This document shows positions 37,984 through 47,843 of a stretch of DNA of 64,000 nucleotides, in pieces (within the stretch, counting starts at the first letter, position 1; each line of letters opens with the position of its first letter). Made by a program: the position numbers and the translations under genes. A model generated the notes under the pieces. The model saw only the letters and a program-made list of their open reading frames with translations, made no database searches and was not told the origin of the DNA. The DNA lies in assembly GCA_050250895.1 (NCBI GenBank), contig JBFWNU010000001.1, positions 3,840,149 to 3,904,148 of the forward strand, in the 5' to 3' direction. The DNA comes from Vulcanimicrobiota bacterium. Its GTDB lineage: Bacteria > Vulcanimicrobiota > Xenobia > Xenobiales > JADMJV01.

Positions 37984-40089
37984 ATGGGTCCAACCATCCA
38001 CAGCTTGCCCGCCGGCAAGGTTCTGCCGCCGCGTACCGCGCCACCCGGGGCCACCCCTCAGGCCGAGCCGGCTGCGATTGACCAGGCGACCCTGACCCCC
38101 TCGACCGATGTCCGCCCGAGACGGCGCAGAGCCCTGAAGTGGTTCTTGCGCGGCGGCGCCATGTTAGCGGCCAGTCTATCGGGCCTGGCCGGCATCGGCT
38201 ACTTTGGCAATCGGGCCGCTCTGCAAGAACCACCACGCCTGTCGATGACCTTGCCGCTGGAAGCGCACTTCGGGCCGCCCGCGAAGGAATCGTCCCCGGC
38301 ACCCGTGGCGCATTCGCGGGTGACCACCAGCGGTGGCGCGGTCCAGACCACCGAGCAGTTGCGGCCTCCTACCGGTGGCGTGTCCATCTTGCTGCCGCAG
38401 GGCTCGACCACCAGATTTTCGCGACAGCTTCGCGCTCACCCTGAGGTGCAGAAGCAACTCGAGCAGGTGGCCCGAGATCTCAACCAGGCCCTGGCCCGAG
38501 TCGAGATTCCCAAGACCGAGCTGCTGCTGGATCTCGAAGCGCCCCTGCCGGTGGGTCAGCAGGCCTTCTTTCACGTGGGAGGAGTCGATCTTCCTTCGCT
38601 GGGCTTTCGTCAGCTCGAGCGGACCAGGTTGCCACTGGCCCTGGAATTGGCGATCGACCCCATCGAATCGGGACTCAAGCTCGAGGTCGGACCCACCGAA
38701 ACGGATGCTCCGGTTCGTCCTGATAGTCTGAAGGGTCCCGGTGTTTACCTCGGCTCGGTCGAGTTGTCGATTCGGGCCGAGAAGCCCGAGGTGGACCTTT
38801 CGGGGTCGGCCCAACTCAAGCTCGACCTCGATGGAGCGGCCACCAGGGCCCGCTTGCCAGGGCAGTCCGGGGCCGCTCGTCAGGCCCTCGAGGGCCGTCT
38901 CGAGAGCGCCAGAAAATTGCGCGAGATCGGCGCCGAGAGTTCTTTTGGCTCGTTGCTGCGCGAGGGCTTCGAAGCGCAGGATGCCCAGTTCTCGGTGGCG
39001 CTCAAGAGCGCCCGAGAGCAATTGGCTTCGGTACGTTTTGATGTCTGGCTGGGCCAGGATGTCACCGGCGACGGGCAGAGCGATCTGCATCTGGCCCAGC
39101 AGGCCAACACCCAGGGTCTGGATGCGCTCGACATCAGCCTGTCCCGGCTCGAGCGACAGGGCCATTCCCAGGCCGGCTGGCTGGGCCAAACCGTCAACGA
39201 TCAGGTGCATCAACAGTTTCATCAAGGCATTCGCGACGGGGTGGGGCAGGCCGTGGCCCAACTGCGCGGGCGCGCCGAAGAGATGGTTGCTCAGGGTCTT
39301 GACCGCGGAGTCAGCCTGCTATCAAAGCACGGCAATCAAGAACTCGAGCAGCTCTATGGGCGGGCTCGCGGTATCGACCTGGGCAATCTCGACCTTCGTT
39401 TGTCCAGTCTGCGCATGAGCGACCAGGGGGTGCTGGTCGGACTCAACGGTAAAACCCTCGACGAAGGGGTGGTGCCGGTCCTGCCGGCCAGCTTCTCGCA
39501 ACACCCCGAGGCGGTGGTGGTCACGGTCGCCTCGAGTGAACTCGAGGCCCGAATGGAAGGTCTCGATTGGCCCGCGATCATGGCCAAAGTCAATCAGGCC
39601 AATTCGGGCTATTCCCTCGCCCTGGCCCAAAAAGACGGCCAACCGGTACTGCCCCGGCTGATCTGGCACGACGGGCAGCCAGCTCTGATGGCCGAGGTGG
39701 TGGCCACCCAGAAGGCGGCGTCCAAGCCAGGCCTGGGCTCGCTGCTGCAGAGCGTCACCCCGAGCACGGTGGAAGCCAAAGCCCTGGTTCCATTCGCTCT
39801 GGGCGTGGAGGATGGCCAGTTGAAGGTGACTCCCGATCTTGAGCATTTCGAACTCGAGCGCCATCGCCAGGGCCAGGGATTTCAGCTGGCCGACCTGTTG
39901 CCAGACAAAGCGCTGGCCGGCATCATCCGGTCTGTGGTCGGCGAGGCAGGAGGCTCGCTCAAGCTTCCGCTCGGGCAAGAGGGGGTCGAACTGGTGGGGG
40001 CCGCCGCCAGCGAGGGTCCCAAGAGCACCGTTCGTTTTCACGTGCAGGCCCAGCTTGGCCCAGAAGTCCTGGGACGAATTTCCCAGTAA
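37984..40089 (+). CDS. Hypothetical membrane-anchored protein with Pro-rich leader
   Basis: 701-aa ORF; single TM after RRRR; long alpha/beta body. Confidence 0.75.
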   Translation: MGPTIHSLPAGKVLPPRTAPPGATPQAEPAAIDQATLTPSTDVRPRRRRALKWFLRGGAMLAASLSGLAGIGYFGNRAALQEPPRLSMTLPLEAHFGPPAKESSPAPVAHSRVTTSGGAVQTTEQLRPPTGGVSILLPQGSTTRFSRQLRAHPEVQKQLEQVARDLNQALARVEIPKTELLLDLEAPLPVGQQAFFHVGGVDLPSLGFRQLERTRLPLALELAIDPIESGLKLEVGPTETDAPVRPDSLKGPGVYLGSVELSIRAEKPEVDLSGSAQLKLDLDGAATRARLPGQSGAARQALEGRLESARKLREIGAESSFGSLLREGFEAQDAQFSVALKSAREQLASVRFDVWLGQDVTGDGQSDLHLAQQANTQGLDALDISLSRLERQGHSQAGWLGQTVNDQVHQQFHQGIRDGVGQAVAQLRGRAEEMVAQGLDRGVSLLSKHGNQELEQLYGRARGIDLGNLDLRLSSLRMSDQGVLVGLNGKTLDEGVVPVLPASFSQHPEAVVVTVASSELEARMEGLDWPAIMAKVNQANSGYSLALAQKDGQPVLPRLIWHDGQPALMAEVVATQKAASKPGLGSLLQSVTPSTVEAKALVPFALGVEDGQLKVTPDLEHFELERHRQGQGFQLADLLPDKALAGIIRSVVGEAGGSLKLPLGQEGVELVGAAASEGPKSTVRFHVQAQLGPEVLGRISQ

Positions 40090-40172
40090 CCCGGCGGGCT
40101 GCCGTCGGTCTGTTGTCTATGAAGGAGGGAGATCACGCCTTCAAGATGATGACCAATAGCCGTTATTGCCTC

Positions 40173-40889
40173 ATGATGGGACGCCAACTCCTGATGATCG
40201 GATTGCTCTTGACCACCCTCGCCGGGGCCGACCCCACCACGGTCGAGCAAGAGATCGTGGACCGCTGCAACCAGATTCGCGCTGCTCACGGATTGCCGAC
40301 TCTGAAGACCCATCCGCGCTTGCTCGAGGCGGCCCGCCAACACTCGAGCGAGATGCTCGAACTCGGCTATTTCGGGCACACCTCTCCGACGAAGGACCAC
40401 CGCCGTTTGCGCGATCGATTATTGATGAGCCGCCACTTCGACCTCACTTTCGGAGAGAACATCTATAAGTGCCGCGGCTACGATGAGCCCGACCTGGCTC
40501 GCAAAGCCGTCGACGCCTGGATGGCCAGCCCGGCGCATCGCAAGAACCTGCTCAATCCGCGCTTTAACAGGATTGGCGTCGGAGTCGTCGGACAGGGAGA
40601 CACCTTCCTCTTCACCCAGGTCTTCAGTTATCAGACGGTGGAGATCCTCGAGCAAGTCTATACGCCCCAGGGCTCAGCGATGCGCCTCGACTTGCGAGGC
40701 CGAGTCCACGAAGGTCCTCGGACCGGCGCCCTGTTGGTCGGCGGTCACAAGGTGGCCGAGTGGAAATCCGACGCCACCGGCCACTTCGCCGTCTCGGTCC
40801 GCCTCGAGGGGCCGGCTCCGGTCGGGGTCGGTCAAACGACCTCTCCCTACCATTGGCGCATCGAGACCGAGGTCAGGCCTCGACTTTGA
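40173..40889 (+). CDS. CAP (SCP) domain secreted protein
   Basis: NQIRAAHGL, HSSEM, FGHTSP, GENI, WMASPAHRKNLL, IGVG. Confidence 0.92.
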   Translation: MMGRQLLMIGLLLTTLAGADPTTVEQEIVDRCNQIRAAHGLPTLKTHPRLLEAARQHSSEMLELGYFGHTSPTKDHRRLRDRLLMSRHFDLTFGENIYKCRGYDEPDLARKAVDAWMASPAHRKNLLNPRFNRIGVGVVGQGDTFLFTQVFSYQTVEILEQVYTPQGSAMRLDLRGRVHEGPRTGALLVGGHKVAEWKSDATGHFAVSVRLEGPAPVGVGQTTSPYHWRIETEVRPRL

Positions 40890-42783
40890 CCTCGAACCCA
40901 CCTACGCGCACCAGGTCATTCTCGGTTTCGAGCCGGGCGTCGCTGGTCGTCATCGTCTTGACCAGGTCAGAAATGGTCGCCTCGGGCCGGGATTGAACCA
41001 GTTCCACCAGTTCGTCGACCTGCTTGAGGAAGGCTTCCTGACGAATCTCTTGCTTTTGACTGAGCACTTCGGCGGGGGTGGCCACCAGCAGGGCGCAGCC
41101 CAGTTCGAGCGCTCGTTCGAGCGTGGCCGGGGCGAGGGCACCGGTCAGCAGCGTCTCGGCGGTCGCATGCCAATCGCGGCTGGCCAACTTGCGGCTGCCG
41201 CAGAGCGTGCCCAGCTGGTGGCGAACCTTCGCGAGCTGGTCTGGCGTTCCGCCTTTGAGGGCGAAGACGGCGGCCGGGAAGATGAACTCCGGCGAGCCTT
41301 GATGGAGTTGCTGCCGGGTCGCCTGCCCCAGAGCGTCGAGGGCCTCAGGGGCCGACTTGCCCGTGGCCAGGATTTTCTCGTAGTCTTTTTCGAGGTCATA
41401 GCGACGGAACCGGTCTTGTGACTTCTGGTGGTAGGCCAGCATGGTCACCAGGTCCACCTGGTCTGACAGGGTCGCGGCGGTCGAATTGAGCGAGGCCTTG
41501 GAGAGCAGCGATTCGGCGTCGCTGCCGGGCCCAATGATCTTTTCCAGCCGACCGAGCAGGCCGATCGCAGTTGCTTCGTCGACCTGCCGCAAGGCATCGT
41601 CGGGTTTGAGCTTGCCGAACATGATGGCCTGCTCGGCCGCCCGGGGAGTGCGCTTGAGCCAGCTGCAAGTGAGACCCACCGCCTGCTCGAGGCGCTGGCC
41701 GTCGAAGTTCTTGCGCAGCGATTCGTAGCGGGACAGGGCGCCGCTCAGGCGGCGGTCGTCCTCGGGAGCGTGAGTGAAGAGCTGCTTGACGAACTCCAGT
41801 TGAGAACCGGGGGTGTGGCCCTGGCAAGGCGTGTTGACCACCTGATAGACGGCTGGCAGGCCCGCCATTTCCGACGGTCCCAGCCCCGGGATGAGCTGGC
41901 TCTGGACAAACTGCAATCCCGCGCGGGCCTGGTCGAGGGCCTCACGCAAGCCCTCGGGGTCGGGAGTGGCCACTTTGGCCAGGTGAAAGGTCGTCTTGTC
42001 GATGGTCCAGGCGATGCTCGGCTGACCACCTCGTTCGGCCGATTCGTAGAGGGCCACCGGGTCGTTGCCCATCAGACTCCCCTGACTCTCCAACTGCTTG
42101 AGTTCGCGGGCAAGCTCTGGTTTCTCGAGCAGGTCCTCAAGTCCACTGCCTCTGAAATAGTCGGCCGCCACCGTGGACCAGCCGCTATAAGAGTGCCCTT
42201 CGCGCTCGAACGAGGCCGAGCGGCCGTCGAGCAGATACGAGAGTTTGGAGGAACCCGAATCGAAGCCCGACTCCCACAGGCGGTGGGCGGCCCGCAACTG
42301 ACGGCCGCGGTCGAGCGTGACCGGCTCGGCTCCCAACAGCCCGACATCCAACGATTCGAGTTGTCTCAGGCTGCGCAAGTAGTCATATTCTGGCTGGGAA
42401 GACAGGCGCACTCGAATGGCCTCGTCGCCGGCCGAGGTCAACTCGTCAAAGATCTCGTTGCCATCCAGGTGGCGTTCTTTGCCCAGCAGACGACTCAAGC
42501 CCGACCGGTGCTGATAGAACTCGACCCCGGCTTGCTTGAGGTCGCGCACCACCTCGACCACGGCCTGACGGTGGGCCTGGGTCAAGACCAGACCGGTGGG
42601 GCCACCGACACTGCTGGCCGTGGTGCTTTCTACCGCCTGTTGAAGCGACTTCCAGAGCCAGCTACGGTCCGTGCGGGGCTTGGACAGGCTGACCGAATCG
42701 ACCGCTCCCGGCGGGTTCGGTCGAACAGCAGGCCGACACGGCGCCGGGCCGGGCGTGCCCAGGCGAGACCCCTGAATCCTCAT
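40873..42783 (-). CDS. Hypothetical helical protein with Pro-rich leader
   Basis: 636-aa ORF with typical codon usage; no recognised domain. Confidence 0.75.
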   Translation of the reverse strand: MRIQGSRLGTPGPAPCRPAVRPNPPGAVDSVSLSKPRTDRSWLWKSLQQAVESTTASSVGGPTGLVLTQAHRQAVVEVVRDLKQAGVEFYQHRSGLSRLLGKERHLDGNEIFDELTSAGDEAIRVRLSSQPEYDYLRSLRQLESLDVGLLGAEPVTLDRGRQLRAAHRLWESGFDSGSSKLSYLLDGRSASFEREGHSYSGWSTVAADYFRGSGLEDLLEKPELARELKQLESQGSLMGNDPVALYESAERGGQPSIAWTIDKTTFHLAKVATPDPEGLREALDQARAGLQFVQSQLIPGLGPSEMAGLPAVYQVVNTPCQGHTPGSQLEFVKQLFTHAPEDDRRLSGALSRYESLRKNFDGQRLEQAVGLTCSWLKRTPRAAEQAIMFGKLKPDDALRQVDEATAIGLLGRLEKIIGPGSDAESLLSKASLNSTAATLSDQVDLVTMLAYHQKSQDRFRRYDLEKDYEKILATGKSAPEALDALGQATRQQLHQGSPEFIFPAAVFALKGGTPDQLAKVRHQLGTLCGSRKLASRDWHATAETLLTGALAPATLERALELGCALLVATPAEVLSQKQEIRQEAFLKQVDELVELVQSRPEATISDLVKTMTTSDARLETENDLVRVGGFEVKVEA

Positions 42784-42887
42784 ACCGAAAGAATAGTGGG
42801 AGCCTCTGAACGAACACTGAATGGCGAAAAGTGTCAGGTCGAGGGCGTGTTTTTTGGTAGGTGTGGACCAGATTCTGTCGAAAGGGC

Positions 42888-42917
42888 TTGTTTCAACCGG
42901 GCGCTATCAGGTAGAAT
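42888..42917 (+). promoter_or_regulatory. Sigma70-like promoter of the zinc-ribbon gene
   Basis: TTGTTT-N18-TAGAAT, then a ~95-nt leader and AGGAGG. Confidence 0.4.
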
Positions 42918-43013
42918 CACGATTACGTGGTCCGTCGAAAAGGTCTTAGCTGAAAGTCAAGACGTCGATAGCCTCGAAAATCTCATGGCCGTTTATTAGG
43001 AGGCTAAAGAAAA

Positions 43014-43451
43014 ATGTCTTTCGTAGACCGAACGCTGACTTGCGTCGAGTGTAAGGCTCCCTTCGTTTTCACCGCAGGCGAGCAAGAGTTCCACGCGTCG
43101 AAAGGTTTCGACAACGACCCTAGTCGTTGCCCTGCCTGTCGCGCAGCGCGCAAGCGAGCGGGTGGGGGACGTCCCCGCCACAACGACTCCCGTGGTGGTG
43201 GAGGGGGAGACGGCGGACGCCGTGAAATGCACACCGCGATTTGTGCCGATTGTGGCAAAGAAGCTCAGGTTCCCTTCGTTCCGAGCGGTTCTCGTCCCGT
43301 ATATTGTCGTGACTGTTTCTCTAGACAGGGCGGCGGCCGCAAGACCGGCGGCGGCGGCGGTGGCTTTGGCGGCGGCGGCGGTGGCGGCGGCGGTGGCCGG
43401 CGCGGCGGAGGTGGTGGCCGAGGCCACGACCGTGACCGCGACCGCTACTAA
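43014..43451 (+). CDS. Zinc-ribbon / CxxC-x17-CxxC protein with Gly-rich tail
   Basis: DRTLTCVEC..FTAGEQEF..PSRCPAC; MHTAICADCG..VPF.P..RPVYCRDCF. Confidence 0.95.
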   Translation: MSFVDRTLTCVECKAPFVFTAGEQEFHASKGFDNDPSRCPACRAARKRAGGGRPRHNDSRGGGGGDGGRREMHTAICADCGKEAQVPFVPSGSRPVYCRDCFSRQGGGRKTGGGGGGFGGGGGGGGGGRRGGGGGRGHDRDRDRY

Positions 43452-43470
43452 GACGCAGGTCTATTAGCCG

Positions 43471-43504
43471 AAAGGGACGGGCCCAGCCCGTCCCTTTTTG
43501 TTTT
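43471..43504 (+). terminator. Intrinsic terminator
   Basis: aaagggacgggc-cca-gcccgtcccttt followed by T-tract. Confidence 0.88.
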
Positions 43505-43567
43505 AGGTTTCTAAGGTAGGAGTCGGTCAGAAGATCTTAGAAGAGTCCCTGACTTTTAGGGGGGACC

Positions 43568-45757
43568 ATGAGAGCCAAACTTCTACTCGCGAGCCTGTTA
43601 GTCGCACTTCTTTTCGCCTGCAACGGCGACAGCGCCGATAACGAAACCTCAGGGCAGGCGGGGCAAGCAGGCCCCACTGCCAACGTCGCCTTTCTGTTCA
43701 CGCTCGCGCGCGGCAACGGGATTGTCCCTGCCGATGTCGACACGTTTCGCGCTACCGGAATGGACGGCAACGGTGCTGTCCTCTTTTCGCAGACCTTCAC
43801 CAAGCGGAACCGACTGGATCTCGAGGTGCCTATCACCCTGCAGGAGATCCGTCTCCAGTTCCTGAGCAATTCGGCGCTTCGTTGCGAAGGTTTGTTCGGT
43901 TTTGACCTCCAGGCCGGCGAAACGGTGCAAGTGGACAACCCCATCCTCGACCTGGTGGCGCCGGTCGGCGTGACGGGGCTTGCCGCCTCGCCCAATCCGG
44001 CCAACGTCGAGGCGGGGCAACCCTTTGACCTCCAGGTGGTGGGACAGGGCCCGAATGTCGATGTGACGCCCTTTGTCGTCTTCAGTTCGACCTCCCCCAA
44101 TGTTGTTTTCCCCGCTCAAGGGCAGGCTCAGGCCACGGCCGGCGGTCCGTTCACTATCAACGTGGACTATCGGGCGCCGGCCGGGAACGTGCTAGTCAGC
44201 GCCGGCGGACCAAACTCTTTGGTAAAGGCTTTCGACGGCGCTATGCCCGACCAGGGCGTGTTGGGTCAATTCTTCGGCTTTGACCCTTCCTTCCAGGGCG
44301 GCGCTCGCGTGGCCAGTGCCGACATCAACGGAGATGGAATCCCTGACACGGTGGTGGGGGCGGGCCCTGGGGGCGGACCCCACATCAGAGTGATCGATGG
44401 CCGAAGCGGCGAAGAGGTGCTAAGTTTCTTCGCTTTCGAACCTCAGTTTCAGGGCGGAGTGTTCGTGGCGGCCGGCGATGTGAACGACGACGGACGGGCC
44501 GACCTCATCGTTGGCGCAGGGGCTGGGGGCGGACCCCAGGTGCGGGTGTTCGATGGCCAGAACGGCAGCCAGTTGCGCGACTTCTTCGCCTTCGACGCCA
44601 GCTTCACGGGGGGCGTTACCGTGGCGGCGGGCGACGTGAACAACGACGGGCGAACCGACATTATCACTGGCGCCGGCCCCGGGGGCGGACCCCAGGTCCG
44701 GGTGTTCGACGGCCAGAACGCAAGCCAATTGCAAGACTTCTTCGCCTTTGACCCGCAGTTCCAGGGCGGAGTATTCGTGGCCGGGGGCGATGTCAATAAT
44801 GACGGGTTCGACGACCTCATCGTGGGAGCAGGCCTCGGCGCCGGCAGTGGCCCGCGGGTGCGGGCGTTCTCTGGTAGCAACCTTCAGCCGATTCACGATT
44901 TTTTCGCTTTTGACAACGGCTTTACCGGCGGCGTGCGGGTGGCCGCGGGCGATGTGAACGGCGACGGGGTCGACGACATCGTCGCCGGTGCCGGCCCGGG
45001 CGGAGTGCCTTCGGTGAGAGTCTTCGACGGTGACACCGGCAACCAGTTGACCCAGGTGATCCCCTTTCCAGCAGGCTTCACCGGTGGCGTCTTCGTGGCT
45101 GCCAATGACCTCCGAGGTGACCAGTTCAGCACCACCATCAACGGTACGGCCACGGCTCAAGGTCCCCTGGTACTGACCGGAACCCTCGAGGATTTTTTCC
45201 ACTTTGTCGGGCTGACCGCTTGCCCTCAGAACACGGGCATCTTCTCGCTTACCAACAATGGTGCCAATCCTATCAATGTGGTGGTGGATAGCTCGATCCC
45301 CACCGGACTTCCCGGCCGAGTCCTGGAATTCCAGGAGCAGGGCACTCCGACTGCCCTGCCGATCCTGACCACTACCATCGGAGCCGGCGACACCATCGGC
45401 ATCGAGGCCTTTTTTAACTGCTCGACCCAGAACCCGTTCACCACCACCGTGGAGATTACCGGGCAAGAAGGGATGACGGTGGTGTTTCAGCGCCAGTTCG
45501 TAGTCAATGCCGATATTGGCGTGCCTCAGGCGGGCGACAACCGCCTGTCGGTCCTGCTCGATCAGACGGTGGGTCCCTTTGCCCAGAACACTTTGATTAG
45601 CCTGGACCGCATCGCCGGCGGGGTGGTCACCGACGGCGCCCCCTGTTTCAACTTCCACCTGGAAGGAACCATCACCATCGATGGTCAGGGGCCGTTCGCA
45701 AACCCCAATCCGGGCGGCTGCGGTTTTGGCCAGCTTCAGCCTACCGTTGTTCGCTAG
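43568..45757 (+). CDS. FG-GAP repeat (integrin-alpha-like) lipoprotein
   Basis: LFA-C lipobox; five VAAGDVNxDGxxDxxxGAGPGGGPxVRVFDG repeats. Confidence 0.9.
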   Translation: MRAKLLLASLLVALLFACNGDSADNETSGQAGQAGPTANVAFLFTLARGNGIVPADVDTFRATGMDGNGAVLFSQTFTKRNRLDLEVPITLQEIRLQFLSNSALRCEGLFGFDLQAGETVQVDNPILDLVAPVGVTGLAASPNPANVEAGQPFDLQVVGQGPNVDVTPFVVFSSTSPNVVFPAQGQAQATAGGPFTINVDYRAPAGNVLVSAGGPNSLVKAFDGAMPDQGVLGQFFGFDPSFQGGARVASADINGDGIPDTVVGAGPGGGPHIRVIDGRSGEEVLSFFAFEPQFQGGVFVAAGDVNDDGRADLIVGAGAGGGPQVRVFDGQNGSQLRDFFAFDASFTGGVTVAAGDVNNDGRTDIITGAGPGGGPQVRVFDGQNASQLQDFFAFDPQFQGGVFVAGGDVNNDGFDDLIVGAGLGAGSGPRVRAFSGSNLQPIHDFFAFDNGFTGGVRVAAGDVNGDGVDDIVAGAGPGGVPSVRVFDGDTGNQLTQVIPFPAGFTGGVFVAANDLRGDQFSTTINGTATAQGPLVLTGTLEDFFHFVGLTACPQNTGIFSLTNNGANPINVVVDSSIPTGLPGRVLEFQEQGTPTALPILTTTIGAGDTIGIEAFFNCSTQNPFTTTVEITGQEGMTVVFQRQFVVNADIGVPQAGDNRLSVLLDQTVGPFAQNTLISLDRIAGGVVTDGAPCFNFHLEGTITIDGQGPFANPNPGGCGFGQLQPTVVR

Positions 45758-45895
45758 GAGTTGGCTCGTTCCATCAGTTGATTGCGCACATCGGTCAGGC
45801 CTAGCAGCAACGCGCCGACGTCTTTGGTCGGGTGGGGTGGCCGGCGCGTTAGGGGGCCTGGTGGCGTGGTAAGTTCGCGATCTTCATGCCTCGAG

Positions 45896-46297
45896 CTAAT
45901 CAGTCGCCTCGGAAAGAGTCCTTAAGCACTGGTCACAAAACGCGTTCGCCCACTGTAGCGCCTCCGTTGCGGCCTTCTCGGTGAAGACAGCGGCGCGGTC
46001 ATAATCGGCTGCCTCCCGCTCGGCCTGGAGTCGAGTGAGCAATCTAGCCACGTCGGGCGGAACCCGGCCCTCCCGGACGAAGTGCAGGTTAAACAACTGA
46101 CTGACGCCCAGGTGAGTCTTGGTTTCAAGCCCGTCCAGCAACAGAACCGCTCGGGCCGCATGGAGCATGGCGTAGTACGCCCGCGAGACCGAATCAGCGT
46201 ATTCTCCGTGGCTGGCCAACAGTTCGGCCGAGCGCAAGGCGGCCTGCCATCGCTCTTGCTCTAGCGCGATGTTCTTGCGTCGGTTTTCGCTGGTCAT
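45896..46297 (-). CDS. HEPN domain protein (HEPN/MNT module 2)
   Basis: SVSRAYYAMLHAARAVL, KTHLGV, REAADY. Confidence 0.92.
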   Translation of the reverse strand: MTSENRRKNIALEQERWQAALRSAELLASHGEYADSVSRAYYAMLHAARAVLLLDGLETKTHLGVSQLFNLHFVREGRVPPDVARLLTRLQAEREAADYDRAAVFTEKAATEALQWANAFCDQCLRTLSEATD

Positions 46298-46626
46298 ATC
46301 ACCACTCCGTGTTGTTGGATGTCGCGCGCATAGAGCGTCTCTAGTGCCAGGAGGCGTTGGAAGTGGCTGCGACTCATCACCTGGAGCGAAGCTGGGTAGG
46401 GCAGTTCCAGTTCATAGGCGATGTCCCAGCCCAGATCGAGCAGGGCCGTTCGCGTGTCGCGATCCTCGCCATCTCGCAGCACGAGCACGTCAAGATCGGA
46501 ATCCTCGTGATGGTCGCCTCGGGCGCGCGAGCCGAAGAGCCGAATCTCGATACGATCATCTGGAAAGCGCCCTCGAGCAGCCGCGCCCAGACGCCGGGCG
46601 AACTCTAGATCAAGCTGGCTAGGCAT
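46294..46626 (-). CDS. Minimal nucleotidyltransferase (MNT)
   Basis: LFGSRARGDHHEDSDLDV; overlaps the HEPN start. Confidence 0.93.
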   Translation of the reverse strand: MPSQLDLEFARRLGAAARGRFPDDRIEIRLFGSRARGDHHEDSDLDVLVLRDGEDRDTRTALLDLGWDIAYELELPYPASLQVMSRSHFQRLLALETLYARDIQQHGVVI

Positions 46627-47410
46627 AGGGTGGTCTGGGTTGGCAAGGTAGCGAGAGGACCTCGAACACCGGCTGGTGTCCTTCGGTCACGAAGCGGTAG
46701 TGGCGCCAACGCTTGTTGCCCCGCGACTCGAGCTTGCGCAGAGCCTCGGAGCCATAGGTGGCAAACATCCCCACCACCGGCGCAGCGGTGGCCACGGCCG
46801 CGTCGGTCACCCACTGGCAGTCGGGAAAGTAGAGGCTGTAGGCGGACTGCCCCTCGCTAAAGCGCAATTCGAGGCAGCCACCGGCCCACTGGTAACCGGT
46901 CAGGGTGACGTTGAGCGGAATGAGCACCCCGATGTGCTGCATGGGCCGGGTCTGGCGGCTGGGCTTGCGCCCGACCACCCGTTGGAAGGTGTCGGATCGT
47001 TCTGGATCCAGCCGCTTGGCCTCTTCGAGCAGGTCTTCGAGGTCGGCTTCAGAGCGAGTCTGCAGGATCGTCGCCATCAACGATAGGCTGCGCCGGGTGG
47101 CATCGTCCTGGGGCTCGAACGAAAGCCCGGCTCGAAAGCGCGAGCGGCGGTCGCTGCCATCGGGTTTGGCCCACATTACCCGAGCCGGACACGAAAAGTC
47201 GGCCAGTTGCTCATGGTCGAACTCGAGATCGAGTTGCAGCACTTTGCCTGTGGGCAAGATCTCTTCGGTCTCGAGCTGCAGACCGGTGCGGCTGACATCG
47301 AGGGTGATGGCGCGGTAACCGGGCAGGTCGCGAGAGCGAACCCTCAGGCTGATGTCGTGACGCTCGGCCGCGCGGTCGGCGGCTGTCTTCTCGGCTTTCT
47401 TGTTCCACAT
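46619..47410 (-). CDS. PilZ domain protein
   Basis: RAAER, DVSRTG, ARVMW, AGLSF; ATG 47410 coupled to the upstream stop. Confidence 0.85.
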   Translation of the reverse strand: MWNKKAEKTAADRAAERHDISLRVRSRDLPGYRAITLDVSRTGLQLETEEILPTGKVLQLDLEFDHEQLADFSCPARVMWAKPDGSDRRSRFRAGLSFEPQDDATRRSLSLMATILQTRSEADLEDLLEEAKRLDPERSDTFQRVVGRKPSRQTRPMQHIGVLIPLNVTLTGYQWAGGCLELRFSEGQSAYSLYFPDCQWVTDAAVATAAPVVGMFATYGSEALRKLESRGNKRWRHYRFVTEGHQPVFEVLSLPCQPRPPYA

Positions 47411-47781
47411 CAGCGTCCACCGGTCACTTTCTGGCGCACCTGCTCCAACTCGGCGGCGCTCAAGCCCATGCGCACCACCAGGCCTTCGATGTAACCTGCC
47501 TCTTCGGGCTGCAGAACGCCGTCGGCATAGCACACCGTCAGCAGTGATTGAAGGGCCAGCAGATGGGCCTCGCGGTCGTCAAAGTATTGATCGAGGGGGA
47601 TCGGGGCGCCCTGGGGCGGTTCGGCCAGGTTTTCGTCCAGCAGGCAGATCACCTCGGGTAAAGCCAGTCCGAAATGGCGCAGGATATTGGTCAGCGCGTG
47701 GACCTCGACGGGGCTCACCACCTGATCGGCCCAGGCCACTTGAAAGAGCGCTCGGATAACAGCTTGTAACGACTCAGACAT
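47410..47781 (-). CDS. TerB family protein
   Basis: VAWADQVVSPVE and VCYADGVLQPEE repeats. Confidence 0.85.
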   Translation of the reverse strand: MSESLQAVIRALFQVAWADQVVSPVEVHALTNILRHFGLALPEVICLLDENLAEPPQGAPIPLDQYFDDREAHLLALQSLLTVCYADGVLQPEEAGYIEGLVVRMGLSAAELEQVRQKVTGGR

Positions 47782-47843
47782 CGATACCCCCTTCGGGAGC
47801 TTCGGCGGAGGATCCCCTATGGGGTCGAACCGAAGTCGCCAAC

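Noticed and set aside
43330-43420. GGC microsatellites here and at 55428-55495
   Set aside because: They encode poly-Gly tracts within genes
44290-45110. ~138-bp DNA repeats
   Set aside because: Explained by FG-GAP protein repeats
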